A stretch of 64,000 bases of DNA from Selaginella moellendorffii (GCF_000143415.4 NW_003314263.1:4277946-4341945); one strand, 5' to 3'; positions 1 through 13,505 are shown, numbered from the stretch's first letter. A program made the numbers and translations. The notes: generated from the sequence alone by a model not told the origin.

Positions 1-470
1 TCCAAATAGGGAGGAGAGCGAAAGCTCGCTCGATCTCCAAAGCTTGCGGGGAAGCTCCCCGAGGCGTTTGATCTCTCCGGCCGCAAGCGAAAGATCGACA
101 ATAAGAGGAAGATGCTCATGAGCCGAGCTTTCAAGGACTATACCGGGTTTGAGTTCGAGGGAAGCGGCCTGGACGAGCACACTAGAAAGGAGATGGCGAG
201 GAAGAAAAAGAAGCTGGGACGGGACAAGGTGAGTGTGCGGCATTCGATTCCTTCTCTTTCGGATCCTCACAAGTTCTTTTGGCAGCTCCACAAGTGATAT
301 AGATCTCTTGAACGAATCTATCAATGCTCGGAGCGTTTGTAGCGATGGAAAGAACACAAGAAGGCTCCAACGAATCTATCAGTGCTCAAAGCTTTTGTAG
401 CAACACAGGAAAGTTAGAAGAGCTTATAGCGCAAACAAGACAAACATTGGAGGAGAAAACTATGTACAAG
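1..470 (+). pseudogene. 3' part of an unknown gene ('gene X'), truncated by the window start; paralog of 9246-9957
   Basis: Near-identical to the copy at offset +9500 (ORF end 297 corresponds to 9797). Splice donors at ~229 (GTGAG) and 471 (GTACT). Frames downstream of the first intron are broken. Confidence 0.55.
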
Positions 471-574
471 GTACTTGTAGTGTGTACGTATGTATGTAGG
501 TAGTGTCGACAGATCCAGGTAGTTAAACTGCGAGAGACCACAAACTTTGGAGAAATTCCCAGAGAGAGCAAAGC

Positions 575-1210
575 AAGATTTCTTACCTGTGGACATCCCG
601 GCTACGTGGGAAGCCATGGAAGAATGCTTTCGAAAGGGGCTGGCCAAGGCAATCGGTGTGAGTAACTTTAGCACGAAAAAGCTGCACGACTTGCTTCAAC
701 ATGCAAAGATCACTCCTGCAGTGGATCAGGTAACACCATGATCTTCAAGAAAACTTCTACCAAGTTGTGTTGTCACTCTTCAAGGTTGAGTTACATCCAT
801 TGCGGCAGCAAGAGCAGTTGAGAGACTTGTGCAAGAGAAATTGTGTCCAAGTGATTGCTTGGTCACGGTCTTGGCAAGCCTTGGGGAAGCAAATCCGTAC
901 TAGAGCATCCTGTTATCCAGGAAATCGCTCTAAAGCACCACAAATCTCCTGCTCAGGTACATGGTTTTCTTGATTCCCGTTAAGTTTCATTCATCCATGC
1001 GTACAGGTGATCATACGATGGCTCACGGAAATCCATGTAGCTCCCGTTGTCAAGAGCTACAACTCCCAGAGACTGCTGGAAAACATTAATAGCTTCGATT
1101 TCAGCTTGGCAGGCGGGGACCATAAACGAATCGAGAGCATCGCACAGGAAAGGATTTTCACTACCAGTCCTTACAAGTCACCGTTTGAGCTATGGGATGG
1201 AGAGATTTGA
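575..1210 (+). pseudogene. 5'-truncated aldo-keto reductase (AKR4-like) copy
   Basis: [32 protein letters not shown]. Relative to the full gene at 22177-23331 it lacks the N-terminal half with the catalytic D/Y/K/H, has an 8-bp deletion at ~866 (frameshift) and a further deletion near 1153. Confidence 0.85.
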
Positions 1211-1286
1211 ATGCCATCATAAGCTATATAACGCTGTCATCTTTTTATTTGAAGATTCTTCAAATGAAGAGTTACCTGGATGATGA

Positions 1287-2669
1287 TCATGATCTTATGC
1301 GGTGCACAAAATTGATGATGGACGCGATGGTTCCAGCCATGCCCACTGCAGTTCCCACAGCCAAGATGGCATAGTTGACTCCGGCCTCCCACTTTGGCAT
1401 CACGTTTCTGTATATTCTCAAGTAAAATAACGAAGGAAGGGTCACCGCTACGAGCATGCCTGAGGCAGAGCCTATAAATGCCACCATGGTTTCGAAGTAT
1501 GGAAAAACCATAGCCAACAAAAAAACGAAGATCAGGAGACCGGTCCTGAGAAGCAGGCTGGATGCCACAAAGGATCTCGAAGTATTGGGCCACGGGAATT
1601 TGCTCTCAATATCGAGAGCTATGGGAGCAAGGCATAGCGAATACTTGCTGAATGGAAGGAGAACAACCATCCATAGCACAAGCTTGGCAGCAACCAAGTG
1701 TGTGGGAATATTTAGAGATACTTGCGGAAGTGTATAGTCCCCAAACATGGTTCCTCCTAGAAACGCGAATCCAATGTATATCATGGTGGAGATCATAAAA
1801 CTGAGAACCAACACCTAGAAGTCCAGTACGAAGTTTAGTTTTACATCTCCATGTCAGTCGATAAAAATAAAACCTTTGCATAGTTGGAGGGATTCTTGAG
1901 CGACGTATAAACACTAGGAAGAGCACAGTGAGCCGCAAAACAGTAGGCATAGATTCCCGCGATGTTGAGCAAGTTTTCCGGTCTCAAGTGTGGAACGGAG
2001 TGGTGAAACCCGATACCCAATCCAGCTCCGGCATAAATCATCGTAACCGTGATGATCATGTACGTAACAATACCAAATAGAGATAGATACGATATCCATG
2101 CCAAGTTTCTCAGCCAGACTGTTGGAAGAACAACGAGGAACGCTATGAAAAGCAGCACCTTGGAAGGGCCAATCTCAAGAGCTGAGATCCGAAGAGTAGC
2201 ATGAGGAAATAGCCTGGCAAGATTGTCACCCATGGAAATCGTGTAGCCCACCAACACTGCTATCATCTCGAATTGAACCAGCAAGGTGAAGGGAAGGCGA
2301 GCTCTGGAACCGAAGGCAGCCTCGGCAATTGTGTTGTATGATCCATTTGGGGTGAGGCAGCGACTAAGAACATAGGCAGTATAGCAGCATATCACTGAAA
2401 ACGCGAACAGGATGCTCAAACCCAGCCAGCCACCTTGCTCGAGAGCGTAGGGTGTGGTGAGGAAAGAAATCCCTGCAAAGAATCAAGGCAGCTTGCTTGA
2501 AGCATTTCAAATCAAGAAGAATATCGTCAATCACGATTTATCACTCACCAAGTATGGCACTGACACTGTTGAATGTTGCATGTAGGAATGAGCTCCTTTG
2601 TAGCTTTTTTAGTGATTGATCATTTTGATCGAGGCTCTGCCCCTCCACCTCAAGAGCTTGGTGCTCCAT
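1287..2669 (-). CDS. AVT1-like amino acid transporter (AAAP/Aa_trans family), 3 exons
   Basis: MEHQALEV..SSFLHATFNSVSAILG|ISFLTTPYALEQGGWLG..YAYCFAAHCALPSVY..FGDYTLPQVSLN..PFSKYSL. Multi-TM protein, GT-AG introns, no disabling lesion seen. Confidence 0.85.
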
Positions 2670-3140
2670 ATCTATCTCGACATCCCGCTCAGACGAAGGC
2701 CCTTATAAAAAAATCCCAAAGTCATGGTCAAACGAGAAGCCTTTGTTGAAGAGATAAAGAGTTTATGCCTTGATTCTCGCTGAAAGGTCAATGAAAGTCC
2801 TCTGTCAAAGCTCCATCCCACATGAAAAAGGAAAGCCCAATTGTGAATGCTCTCGAGCTCCATTAAAGTCCTGTAGAAACTTCAAAAGAGAAGACTCGAG
2901 AGGCTGTGCTCCCACAAAGTCATGAGACCCTCCCAAGTGTTTATACCTTCAGAGGTGGTTCAAAACGTGTCTGTCTCTATGGACACCAAGATATAGGGAC
3001 CACATGAGTCTTTCGTCTTAAATGTTAGTCATTTGTTTGTCAGTGACGGCTGAAAATTTTTAACGTTTTTGAACGTAAAGGAGAGGTCGTTCCGTTTGGA
3101 TGGAACATGGTAAGTGACAAAAATAGTCTCTCATCACTTT

Positions 3141-6100
3141 TCATTCTCCCGGGATCAAGCCGCTCTTCGTCTCTTGTGGCACGGAGGCTCCGATGCCTAG
3201 CTCAACATTGTTGCTGCGAAGGTTTCTCACTGATTTCTCGAGATAGATGTGGCTGACTAGTATCATACAAACATGTGTAGCTGGCTTCGCGGCTCCTCAC
3301 TTTTCCACAATCCACTGCTCAATTGGGGCTGCCTTCGGCCATTGTTTTCCAGCTCCTTCTATCGGCGATGGGATTGTGGTCTCAATCCGCGATAAATGTT
3401 CTCTACTTGAGACACAAGCGGATGGTGAATCCAGAGACAACAGCGAATCAACCCTGGCACACGACTCAGGTACAATCAAAGAGTTTTTGAATCGACCGCT
3501 TAAGAGCACCGCAGCTTCACGAAGTTATTGGAGGGCTTCTGGGATCTAAATGGATGATTGTTTCCCTCGTGTTCAACATTGTCACACTCTTCTATGTTTC
3601 GTCGGCTCAACTTATAGCATGTAGCAAGTGAGAGTTCTTTCTGACATTCCTTTTGTCACTCTCGATCATATCTCAGACTTCCTTGTCAATTGGGGCAGTG
3701 TGGCATACACCGTGAATGACAACTTGGACAAGAGAACCTGGACGTTTGTGTTTGGGGCAATCTTCTCACTGCCAATTCTTTTCCCGAGCGCTCACAACTA
3801 CAGAGTTTGGTCGTTCCTGGGAGTGGTCACTATTATCTTTGACTCTGCTTACATGACAATAGCAACGCTGTTTGACAGAAAGGCAAGACTATACTTTTCA
3901 ATCATTACTAAAATCATTCCCACAGGCCGGAAACGTCCGTCATTCGTCACCACGAAGCTCCCAGGAATATTTTACTGGTTTGGTCGGGATGCTGATCCTC
4001 GGAAACGTTCCCATCCCTGTGTAAGATCTCACCCTTGATAATGTTTTTTCACTGCAAGGGAGATCATGGATGCAATGTGGAAGCCTGACGAGTACCAGGC
4101 AGCAAATCTCTACGGGATGGCTTGCATTTTGGTGGTGGTCATGCTTCCAAGCATCAGCATGGAACGCAAATTTGGAGACAAGCTTCTCGCCACACCAAAC
4201 GCGATGTTGCTACTCCCAAGATCAAAGTTTCACAACAGTGCCAGCGTCCTCATCCTCCTTCATGTGGTTAGTATACCATGGATCCATATGAGCTCTAAGT
4301 TCTACATCTTCTCTGATCGATCGAGAGAAATCCAATTCATCAGGTTATCAACTTTGGCATGTACTCCCTTGCACTCTATGCGACGTGGGAGAAGATAGCC
4401 AGGTTATCAACTTTGGCATGTACTCCCTTGCACTCTATGCGACGTGGGAGAAGATAGTGTGCATCCAGTGTGGAGACACCACGTCAGCAAAGAAGATAAG
4501 TCATTCATCCAAGACACCAACCGCCAAGTGTCACACCTATACCATTATATACATAACTATACCAAAGCAATGAAGTTGACAGAGCATTCCGTGTACACAA
4601 AATCACACATCTACATGGTATTGGGTTTGTTTCGATCCTGATGGCGAAACACTGGCAAACACAGCAACGCGATGAGCAGGACTGCGCTAGGGCTCTCGCA
4701 GTCCTTGCTAGGGTGGAGTGATGGATTCAAGAACACAAGTGAGCGCAACGTGATGTCCATCCGTGCCTCTACCCTCATTGTTGCTCTGTGTGCACGGCGT
4801 GTGGGCATCCCTTCCAATGATGCCCACCACCTCCTCCCCCTCTTCGCTTCTAGCTTACTCTGCTGTTTTGTCCTTTCTTCTAGAAATTAATGGCTACTAG
4901 TACTCCACCTCGCACTACATCTAGAACCACCCTAGCGAGCACCATGGCCATCCCAGCTGGCAACTGGGATGCAAGATGGGAAAAGCTACTCCAGAAGTTC
5001 ACGGGTGAGAACTTCACGACTTGGAAGACCAAAGTCCAATTAATCTTAATGGCAAAAGATTGTTGGGATTTGGTGAGGGAACCGAAGTGAAACCTCAAGA
5101 TATAGAAGCAGCCTTGTAGGCTACTTGGGACTCCAAGAACCGCAAAGCCCTTTCCATGATTGGACTAGGTCTTGGAGATGAATTTATTCATCTCCTTGAT
5201 CTAGAAAAATTTGCCAAAGCCAATTGGGATTTCCCAAGTCTTTGTAGCCATAGCCGGTAATGCTAAATTGGTTCTGACCCAGAAATTTTTCTTCCTACAC
5301 ATGTAGTTTGGTGAGACAATGGCAACATACATCGGGAAGCTCAAAGGCTTAATGCAACAGCTGAAGGAATTAGGTGCTATAGTTTCCGATGACTATGCAA
5401 AAGCCTTCTTGCTTTACTCTGTATCCCTAGAGTTGCAACAATCGTCCTCCATGCTTTCTTTTGTCCTAGGCAAAACCATGGAGGAGCTCTACTCTAATCT
5501 GCTCGAGGAAGAGCGCAAGATTGCTGAGTGTCAAACTGGCCATCAAGGATCCCCTCAGGCTGCTCGCAAGTAGGCTTGTTTCTTGGTAAGAAACAATTGA
5601 GTGGGGAGTAAAGGAAAAGAGGCACTAGCCGTGGGCTTCATATCTCTTCTGCTACAACTCCCAGCTTTGAATCTAACTTCTCCAAGAAGAAAAAGGGTCC
5701 TTGCAACTATTATGGAAAGATGGGGCATGTTAAGCGTGAGTGTCGTGCAAAGTGTCGTGATGATGGCTCTTTACCTGTCACCGGTGTCTACTCTTGCAGT
5801 TCTATGGCTGGATAGTGGTGCCTCCTTTCACATGACTCCCTTAAGGTCTACATTTCACACTTATAAGGCTCTTCAAGCTCCACAACAGGTTTATGTCGGC
5901 GACAAGCGGCCACTCCAGGTGGAAGGTCGTGGCATGGTGGTGATCAAGCTACCTGATGGACCTCTTAAAGAGGTTCATCATGTGCACTTTGTACCTGAAG
6001 CAAGGTAGACAGTTTTTTCTATAGGTGCAGCCTCAGATCAAGGCTTTACTACCACCTTCTTCCCAAAAGGGTGCACCATCTATGGTCATGTTGGTACTCT

Positions 6101-9100
6101 TGTAGCCAGTGGCATGAGGTATGAAACACTCTACTGTTTAAATGCAGAACTGGTTTTTCCAGCTCAAGTGCTTGCTTTCCAGGCACAAGACACCATTGAG
6201 CTCTGGCATGCTTGTCTGGGGCATGTTGCTGTACAATGCACACTATAGTCCTGCTTGTAAATCTCTCCAGTGCGCAGTCTTGCCAAAGAGTTAAATACAC
6301 AACAGCCCATACTCCCCAATAGAACGGCATGGCAGAGTGCCTCAATCGCACTTTGCTAGAGACTGTTCATTGCCTTCTCCAACACGCAAGCATACCCAAC
6401 TCTTTTTGGGGTGAAGCCATTAACACGGCTGTTTACATCTGTAACTTTCCCACAAGGAGCACTAGTGTGGTTCCTTACCAAGCTTGGACTGGAAAGTGTC
6501 CTCAGTTAGGGCACTTGAGGGTCTTAGGGTGTATAGCGTATGCTCGCATTCCAAATGCGACTCGATAGAAGCTGGATCCTATGAGCCAGAAGAACATCTT
6601 TGTGGGCTATCAAGGCCTACCGCCTCTATAATCTTGCTCTCAAGAAGCTCATGGTCAACCAAGATGTCTCTTTCAATGAGCAAGAGCTTTATTGTCACAT
6701 TCAAAATACTATTCCTTCAAGTTCTAACTTGGTGGACTTGACCCCAATGCTGGATGATGAGCTCACCCACCCACTTGCACCAGGAGTCCAGAGGCTGCTC
6801 ATTCCAGAAGGAGGAACACCTCCTCCACTTGGTGATGAGCCTCCTCCAGCAACTCCGCTGCTACCAGTTCCTCTAGTCACTTCGGTGGCTACTAGTAGCA
6901 ACACTACTTTATCCAGTGAGTAGAATCTTGCTGCTACTATGGACGAGCTGTTTGTTGGTGAAGAAACAGTTGGAGGATCTTCCCGCTCACCTCCTCCAGA
7001 TTCTCTCATGACACCACCACCTCATCAAGAGATTGGAGCTGTTACCCGTTCAGGACGAGTGAGCAAGCCAACAGTCAGAGCTCTAGAATCTCTTGCTCAA
7101 GCTCCACGCAAGAAGGGATTCTACTGGGCCATGAGCTCCATTGCTGACCAGGCTGCTCTCTCTAGTCCTGATGCCTCACACTAGCAAGCGGCCATGTAGG
7201 ACGAGTATGACTCACTGATCAAGAATGGAACCTGGACATTGGTTCCGCTCCCTCCCGGCAGGAAGGCAGTCACAGCCAACTGGCTGTTCAAGAAGAAATA
7301 TTGAGCTAATGGTAGCATCAAGCGCTACAAGGCACACTTGTAGCTCGTGGTTTCTCTCAGATCCAGGGAGTTGATTACTTTGAAACTTATAGCACTGTTG
7401 TAAAGCTGACAACAATGTTTTGATGAGCCTTGCAGCTAAGCTCGAACTAGAGCTCCATCAACTTGATGTGGGAACTGCTTTTCTGAACAATGATCTTGAG
7501 GAGGAGGTGTACATTGCCCAGCCTCCTGGGTTTATATGTCCCGGACAAGAGCATCTCATCTGTCGCTTGCACAAAGCTCCCTATGGGCTGAAACAAAGCC
7601 CCAGGTCATGGTACACTAAAATTAACAGCTTTTTGACCTCGTTGGGCTTTACTCACAGCACGGCTGATAATAATCTCTACATATATCGAGATGGCCAAGG
7701 CTTTCTATTCTTAGCCTTATATGTGGACGATACAATATTCACCTCCAACCAGATGTGACTCATCTGCTGCATCAAGGACTCTCTCGCTGCTAAATTCGAG
7801 ATGACCAATCTGGGAAACTTGCACTACTGTCTAGGAATTCAAGTCTACCGGGATAAGCAACATGGAGTACTTGAGCTCTCCCAGGACAAATACATCCATG
7901 ACATTCTCCAGAGGTACTCTATGCTTAACGCTAATCCAGTGGCTACTCCTATGGAAGCAAGCTCAAAGTTGTCCAAGGCTTTTAGTTTGACATCAACCTC
8001 TGATGACACTCCTGAGGAGAAGACCACAACACTGTACCGTTCAGTGGTCAGGAGCCTCATCTACTTGATGGTCTCAACTAGGCCTGATCTTGCATTCAAT
8101 GTGGGAGCAGTCTCAAAGTTCCTGGACAATCCATCACCCTCACATTGGGCCACTATGAAGCAGATCATGAGGTATGTGAGTGGCACAAGGAAATTCACAT
8201 TGAAATATGCAAGAGGAGATGGAGACAATGGCCTGGTGGGATTCATAGACGCAGACTGGGCAGGAGATCTAGATGACAGAAGATCCACCTCAGGGTATGT
8301 CTTCATGTATAACCATAATGTGGTTAGTTGGTGTTCCAGGAGGCAGCAGATCACTGTGATGTCCTCATGCGAATCTGAATACATCGCAGCTGCAGCAGCA
8401 GCGAAAGAGGCTATATGGCTTAAGACGTTGTTGCAGGACCTCGGGATTCAAATTCAGTTGAGGTTCCATTTCATCGGGGATCAAGTCAACAATGGAATAA
8501 TCAACCTGGAATTCTGTCCGACCATCTCAATGGTTGCTGATATCCTAACGAAGTCCTTGCCTCAAGTGAAGCATGAACTCTTCCTCAAATCATTCCGTTT
8601 GACTGACGGTGTGAGCCTTGAGGAGTGTGGAGACAAGTGATGACAAGTCTCCACATCAGCAAAGAAGACAAGTCATTCATCCAAGACACCAACCGCCAAG
8701 CGTCACACCCATACCGTTATGTACATAACCATACCAAAGCAATGAAGTTGATAGAGCATTCCACATACACAAAATCACACATTTCCATCCACAACTCACC
8801 AAGCTACATAAAGCAAACGTTGTCCCGGATACTAGTGTTCCTGGTGTTGTGGATCACCACTCTTGCCTTCCCTTTCTTCGGTGCAATCAACAAGCTCTTG
8901 GACGCCATCCTTGTGTCCTGGAACTTCTTCATCATCCCATGCATGGCTTACATTGCAGTCTTTTGGTTGCCGCAGCCACGGCGAGGCTCCAAATCCCTGT
9001 CGAGGCTGGGCTGGGTGGTGGATTTGAGCGTTTGCCTGGGCATTATGCTGTGGATGCTGGTCATGCAATGTGGGCTGGGCTTGTGGGGCGACGTCCACAC

Positions 9101-9167
9101 TTTCGTCAAGGTGTTGGAGGGAACCAGGCCCTTTCCAAACTGCTATCGCTGCGCACCTCCAAAGTAG
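3141..9167 (+). pseudogene. Disabled AUX1/LAX-like permease copy interrupted by a Copia element
   Basis: NDNLDKRTWTFVFGA, HNYRVWSFLG, EIMDAMWKP, FPFFGAIN, CYRCAPPK. Versus 17831-19508 the ATG is deleted (~3150), TGG became TAG (~3198), a 59-bp tandem duplication lies at 4341-4458, and a retroelement is inserted at 4469. Confidence 0.85.
4469..8787 (+). mobile_element. Degenerate Ty1/Copia LTR retrotransposon with short LTRs
   Basis: LTRs 4469-4615 and 8626-8787 (TG..CA). TSD TCCAG/TCCAC; the empty site in the paralog is TCCAC. PBS-like TGGTAT at 4616. gag (KFTGENFTTWK), protease WLDSGAS, integrase AECLNRTLLE, RT HQLDVGTAFLN/YVDD, RNase H DADWAG/ESEY. Many stops. Confidence 0.95.
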
Positions 9168-9245
9168 AAAACCCTGAGCATATTCCTAGAATTTAGGGCT
9201 ATCGATTCCTATATAAATGTTTTTGCTGTAGCCTTTTATGAGAGA

Positions 9246-9957
9246 ATGCGAGGTAAGGCGGCTGTGGGCGGCTTGTTGAGGCAGCTCAGATCGCTCCGTT
9301 TGCCTCGGCGATGGTTCGCTGACAAGGGAGATTCACGCGCAGGGACTTCAGCGATCGGGGGTTCCAGGAGGAGGGCTACATCGCACGGCGCTCCATCGAT
9401 TCAAGGAGGCCCGCGACTTCACCCACGCGCCAGTCTTCTCGGCGAGCGCGCTTACAGGGCCAGGCTGAGGAGGGCGAGTACCGCCAGCAATGCTGCATCC
9501 AAAGAGGGAGAAGAGGAGCGAAAGCTCGCTCGATCTCCAAAGCTTGCGGGGAAGCTCCCGGAGGCGTTTGATCTCTCCGGCCGCAAGCGAAAGATCGACA
9601 ACAAGAGGAAGATGCTCATGAGCCGAGCTTTCAAGGACTATACCTGGTTTGAGTTCGAGGGAAGCGGCCTGGACGAGCACACTAGAAAGGAGATGGCGAG
9701 GAAGAAAAAGAAGCTGGGACGGGACAAGGTGAGTGTGCGGCATTCGATTCCTTCTCTTTCGGATCCTCACAAGTTCTTTTGGCAGCTCCACAAGTGATAT
9801 AGATCTCTTGAACGAATCTATCAATGCTCGGAGCGTTTGTAGCAATGGAAAGAACACAAGAAGGCTCCAACGAATCTATCAGTGCTCAAAGCTTTTGTAG
9901 CAACACAGGAAAGTTAGAAGAGCTTATAGCGCAAACAAGACAAACATTGGAGGAGAA
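9246..9957 (+). pseudogene. Unknown gene X: basic N-terminus resembling a mitochondrial transit peptide, interrupted by Copia
   Basis: ATG at 9246, Arg/Leu-rich start MRGKAAVGGLLRQLRSLRLPRRWF, donor GTGAG at ~9729, second exon cut at 9957 by an LTR. No family recognised. Confidence 0.5.
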
Positions 9958-12702
9958 TGTTACGGTGGCAAGCCGTACGATGTACGGACAGAGGAGACGC
10001 GTCGTTTTTGGTTGTATATTGACCAAAATCTCATGAATAAAAATTCATTCGATGGTCAAACACAACATGGTATCAGAGCAGATCTATGATCCTGGATGAC
10101 GAGAAGGAGAAACCAGTGTAGGATGCGTAGGCGTGCAATAGCAACAGCAAGACGCATCACTAGGTGCATTAGGATGAGGAGTAGTTGCAGAACGCAAGAA
10201 CCGGAGCTTGATAGATGCCGCAAATAGCATGCTACAAGCCAACCGCGTTCCTGCTATGTTTTGGGCTGAAGCAGTTATGACCGCCTGCTATCTACAAAAT
10301 CGGCTCCCTACAAAAGCCGTGGTTGGAAAAACACCTGAAGAAGCCTGGTCAGGCCGCAAGCCAGCCATCGATCACTTGCGTATCTTTGGATGTGAGGCCT
10401 ACACTCACGTCCCCAAGGCCATCAGAAAGAAGCTTACGCCCACCAGCGGGCGAGGCATCTTTCTTGGCTATAGCCTGGAGCACAAGGCTTACAGGATTTT
10501 CAACCTAGTCTCCAGGAAGCTGATTATCTCCCGCGACGTTCACTTCAATGAGAATGCTATTCGTTCTCATCCAGTGGGAGATCTCTTCCCTCCTGCCCCG
10601 ATTCTTCCAACTGAAGACTTTTCTTCAACCTTGGAACCGGTGGTAGTCTCTCCTATCTTGCCGCTGCAAGTGGGAGCTTCCAGAGCGCCAGATCTCCAGG
10701 TGGGAGATCTACGCGTTCCGGTTTTGCCAAATTTGCCAAAACCGGTACCCTATCCCCTGTTCGGCCTCAACCGCCACTCAGGGATGACCTATATTTCGAT
10801 GGAGAACCACCCGCGGCTGCCCAGCGCGCACCAGATTCTCCTCGAGGCCCTCCGGAGCAACCTGCAGTACCTCCGGATCAGCCTCCCTGCCGGTCTTCCC
10901 GGTCGAATTTAGGTGTTCCTCCGCAGCGGTTGATCGAGACAATGCTCTCGGTCGTTCAAGACATTCCTGAAGGCTTGGTTGAGACATTGCTTGCTGGCGT
11001 GGACATTCCGGAAGTTCCTCGCAGCTACGTCGATGCTCTTGCCTCTCCTAACAGAGACAAATGGGTTGCAGCCTTTGATGAGGAGTATAACTCCTTTCTC
11101 AAGAACAACACCTTCTCCTTGGTGGAAAGAGCTCTGGCCGGGCGTAAACTAGTGAAATCCATGTGGATTCCTAGTATCAAGCTCAACCCAGACCACACCA
11201 TTGCTCGCTACAAGGCTCGCTTGGTGGCGAAAGGCTACTCTCAAGTGGCTGGTGTGGATTACACTGAGACGTTTGCCCCAGTGGTCAAGCTGACTACCAT
11301 TCGCACCTTGCTCGCTTTAGCAGCTGCGCACAATTGGCACGTACACCAGATGGATGTCAAGACGGCTTTCCTGAATGGAGAGCTTGATGAGGACATCTAT
11401 ATGGAGCAGCCAGAAGGCTACAAGGTCCCAGGACAAGAGAGCCACGTTTGGAAGCTCCACAAGGCGATTTATGGCTTGAAGCAAACCTCTCGCCAATGGT
11501 ACAAACAGCTTGATGATTTTCTTGTGAAATCTCACTTTTCCAGGAGCAAGAACGATCCGAATCTCTACTTTAAACGAGTGGGAGATGAAGTGATTTACAT
11601 CGCTGTGTATGTAGACGACACTCTACTCGTTTGCAACAGCCTTGCTTTCCTAGCTAAAATCAAGGTGGCTTTCTCATCTCATTTTGAGATGAAGGACCTT
11701 GGTGAAGCTCGCTACTGCCTTGGCATCCAGATTGATCGCAGAAAAGATGGCTCCCTCTTTCTGCATCAAACCAAGTATGTGGAAGATGTCCTGCAACGAT
11801 TCAGCATGGACTCTTGTGCGCCTGCACCCACGCCAATGGTTGCTGGCTTAAGACTTTCAAAGGATACATCTCCTTCTACAGACTCGGATAGGAGGAAAAT
11901 GGCGAACGTTCCTTACCGAAGTGCCGTGGGAAGCTTGATGTACCTGGTGGTGTGCACGCGACCAGACATTGCCTTCTCAGTGAGCATGGTAAGCAGGTTT
12001 CTCGACAATCCAGGCCCTGCACATTGGCAAGCAGTAAAAAGAATTTTTCGGTACTTACGAGCTACCACTTCTTTTGGCTTACTTTACACGCCAAAAGTCA
12101 CACGCTTACAGGGCTACTGTGATTCGGACTGGGCTGGCTGCCCAGATTCACGAAGATCACACACAGGCTATTTTTTTAGCTTGCAACAAGCAGCTCTTTC
12201 TTGGAGCAGCAAGAAACAGAGTGTTGTGGCCTGCTCTAGCTGCGAAGCTGAGTATATGGCTGCTAGCGCTGCTTGCAAGGAGGCCATCTGGCTTCGTCGT
12301 CTTCTAACGGACATGGAACACTCTCTTCCAGGTTCAACAGCGATCTATTGCGACAATCAGGGTTGCATTGCCTTAAGCAAGAATCGCAAGATCAATTCAA
12401 GAACAAAGCACATGGACACAGTACACCATTTTCTTCGAGACCAATATGAAGATGGAATCGTCGAGCTTGTGTATTGTTCTACTCAGGACATGCCTGCTGA
12501 CGTTCTGACCAAGGCACTCTCCCAGCCGAAATTTTCTCAGTTTCGGGCTGCACTTGGCGTCTGCCCGAGTGGGAGTGTTACGGTGGCAAGCCGTACGATG
12601 TACGGACCAGTGCCAGCTAGGACGCCAGGAGACGCGTCGTTTTTGGTTGTATATTGACCAAAATCTCATGAATAAAAATTCATTCGATGGTCAAACACAA
12701 CA
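9958..12702 (+). mobile_element. Internally deleted Ty1/Copia element (no gag or protease, partial integrase, open RT-RNase H)
   Basis: LTRs 9958-10067 (110 bp) and 12576-12702 (127 bp), TGTTA..ACA. PBS TGGTATCAGAGC at 10068. PPT GAGTGGGAG before 12576. TSD GAGAA/GAGAC; the empty site is visible at ~453-465. ORF 10930-12657 carries HQMDVKTAFLNG, YVDD, CDSDWAG, EAEY, ADVLTK. Confidence 0.97.
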
Positions 12703-12824
12703 GAGACAACTATGTAAAAGGTACTTGTAGTGTGTACGTATGTATGTAGGTAGTGTCGACAGATCCAGGTAGTTAAACTGCGAGAGACCACAAACTTTGG
12801 AGAATTTTCCAGAGAGAGCAAAGC

Positions 12825-13505
12825 AAGATTTCTTACCTGTGGACATCCCGGCTACGTGGGAAGCCATGGAAGAATGCTTTCGAAAGGGGCTGGCCAAGGC
12901 AATCGGTGTGAGTAACTTTAGCACGAAAAAGCTGCACGACTTGCTTCAACATGCAAAGATCACTCCTGCAGTGGATCAGGTAACACCATGATCTTCAAGA
13001 AAACTTCTACCAAGTTGTGTTGTCACTCTTCAAGGTTGAGTTACATCCATTGTGGCAGCAAGGGCAGTTGACAGACTTGTGCAAGAGAAATTGTGTCCAG
13101 GTGATTGCTTGGTCACCTCTAGGTGGTCTTGGCAAGCCTTGGGGAAGCAAATCCGTACTAGAGCATCCTGTTATCCAGGAAATCGCTCTAAAGCACCACA
13201 AATCTCCTGCTCAGGTACATATTTTTCTTAAGTTTCATTCATCCATGCGTACAGGCGATCATACGATGGCTCACGGAAATCCATGTAGCTCCCGTTGTCA
13301 AGAGCTACAACTCCCAGACACTGCTGGAAAACATTAACAGCTTCGATTTCAGCTTCATTAACAGCTTCGATTTCAGCTTGGCAGACGAGGACCATAAACG
13401 AATTGAGACCATCGCACAGGAAAGGCTTGGTATGTGGGATGCTTTGTGTAATTTCACTACCAGTCCTTACAAGTCATTGTTTGAGCTATGGGATGGAGAG
13501 ATTTG
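12825..13505 (+). pseudogene. Second 5'-truncated AKR4-like copy
   Basis: Same 5' junction as 575 (offset 12250). 24-bp internal duplication at 13332-13379. Homology breaks at the original stop codon. Confidence 0.85.

Noticed and set aside
1-13505. Tandem copies as an uncollapsed-haplotype assembly artefact
   Set aside because: Copies carry distinct substitutions, indels and TE insertions with TSDs and a discrete breakpoint at ~13505, although long reads would be needed to exclude it fully.
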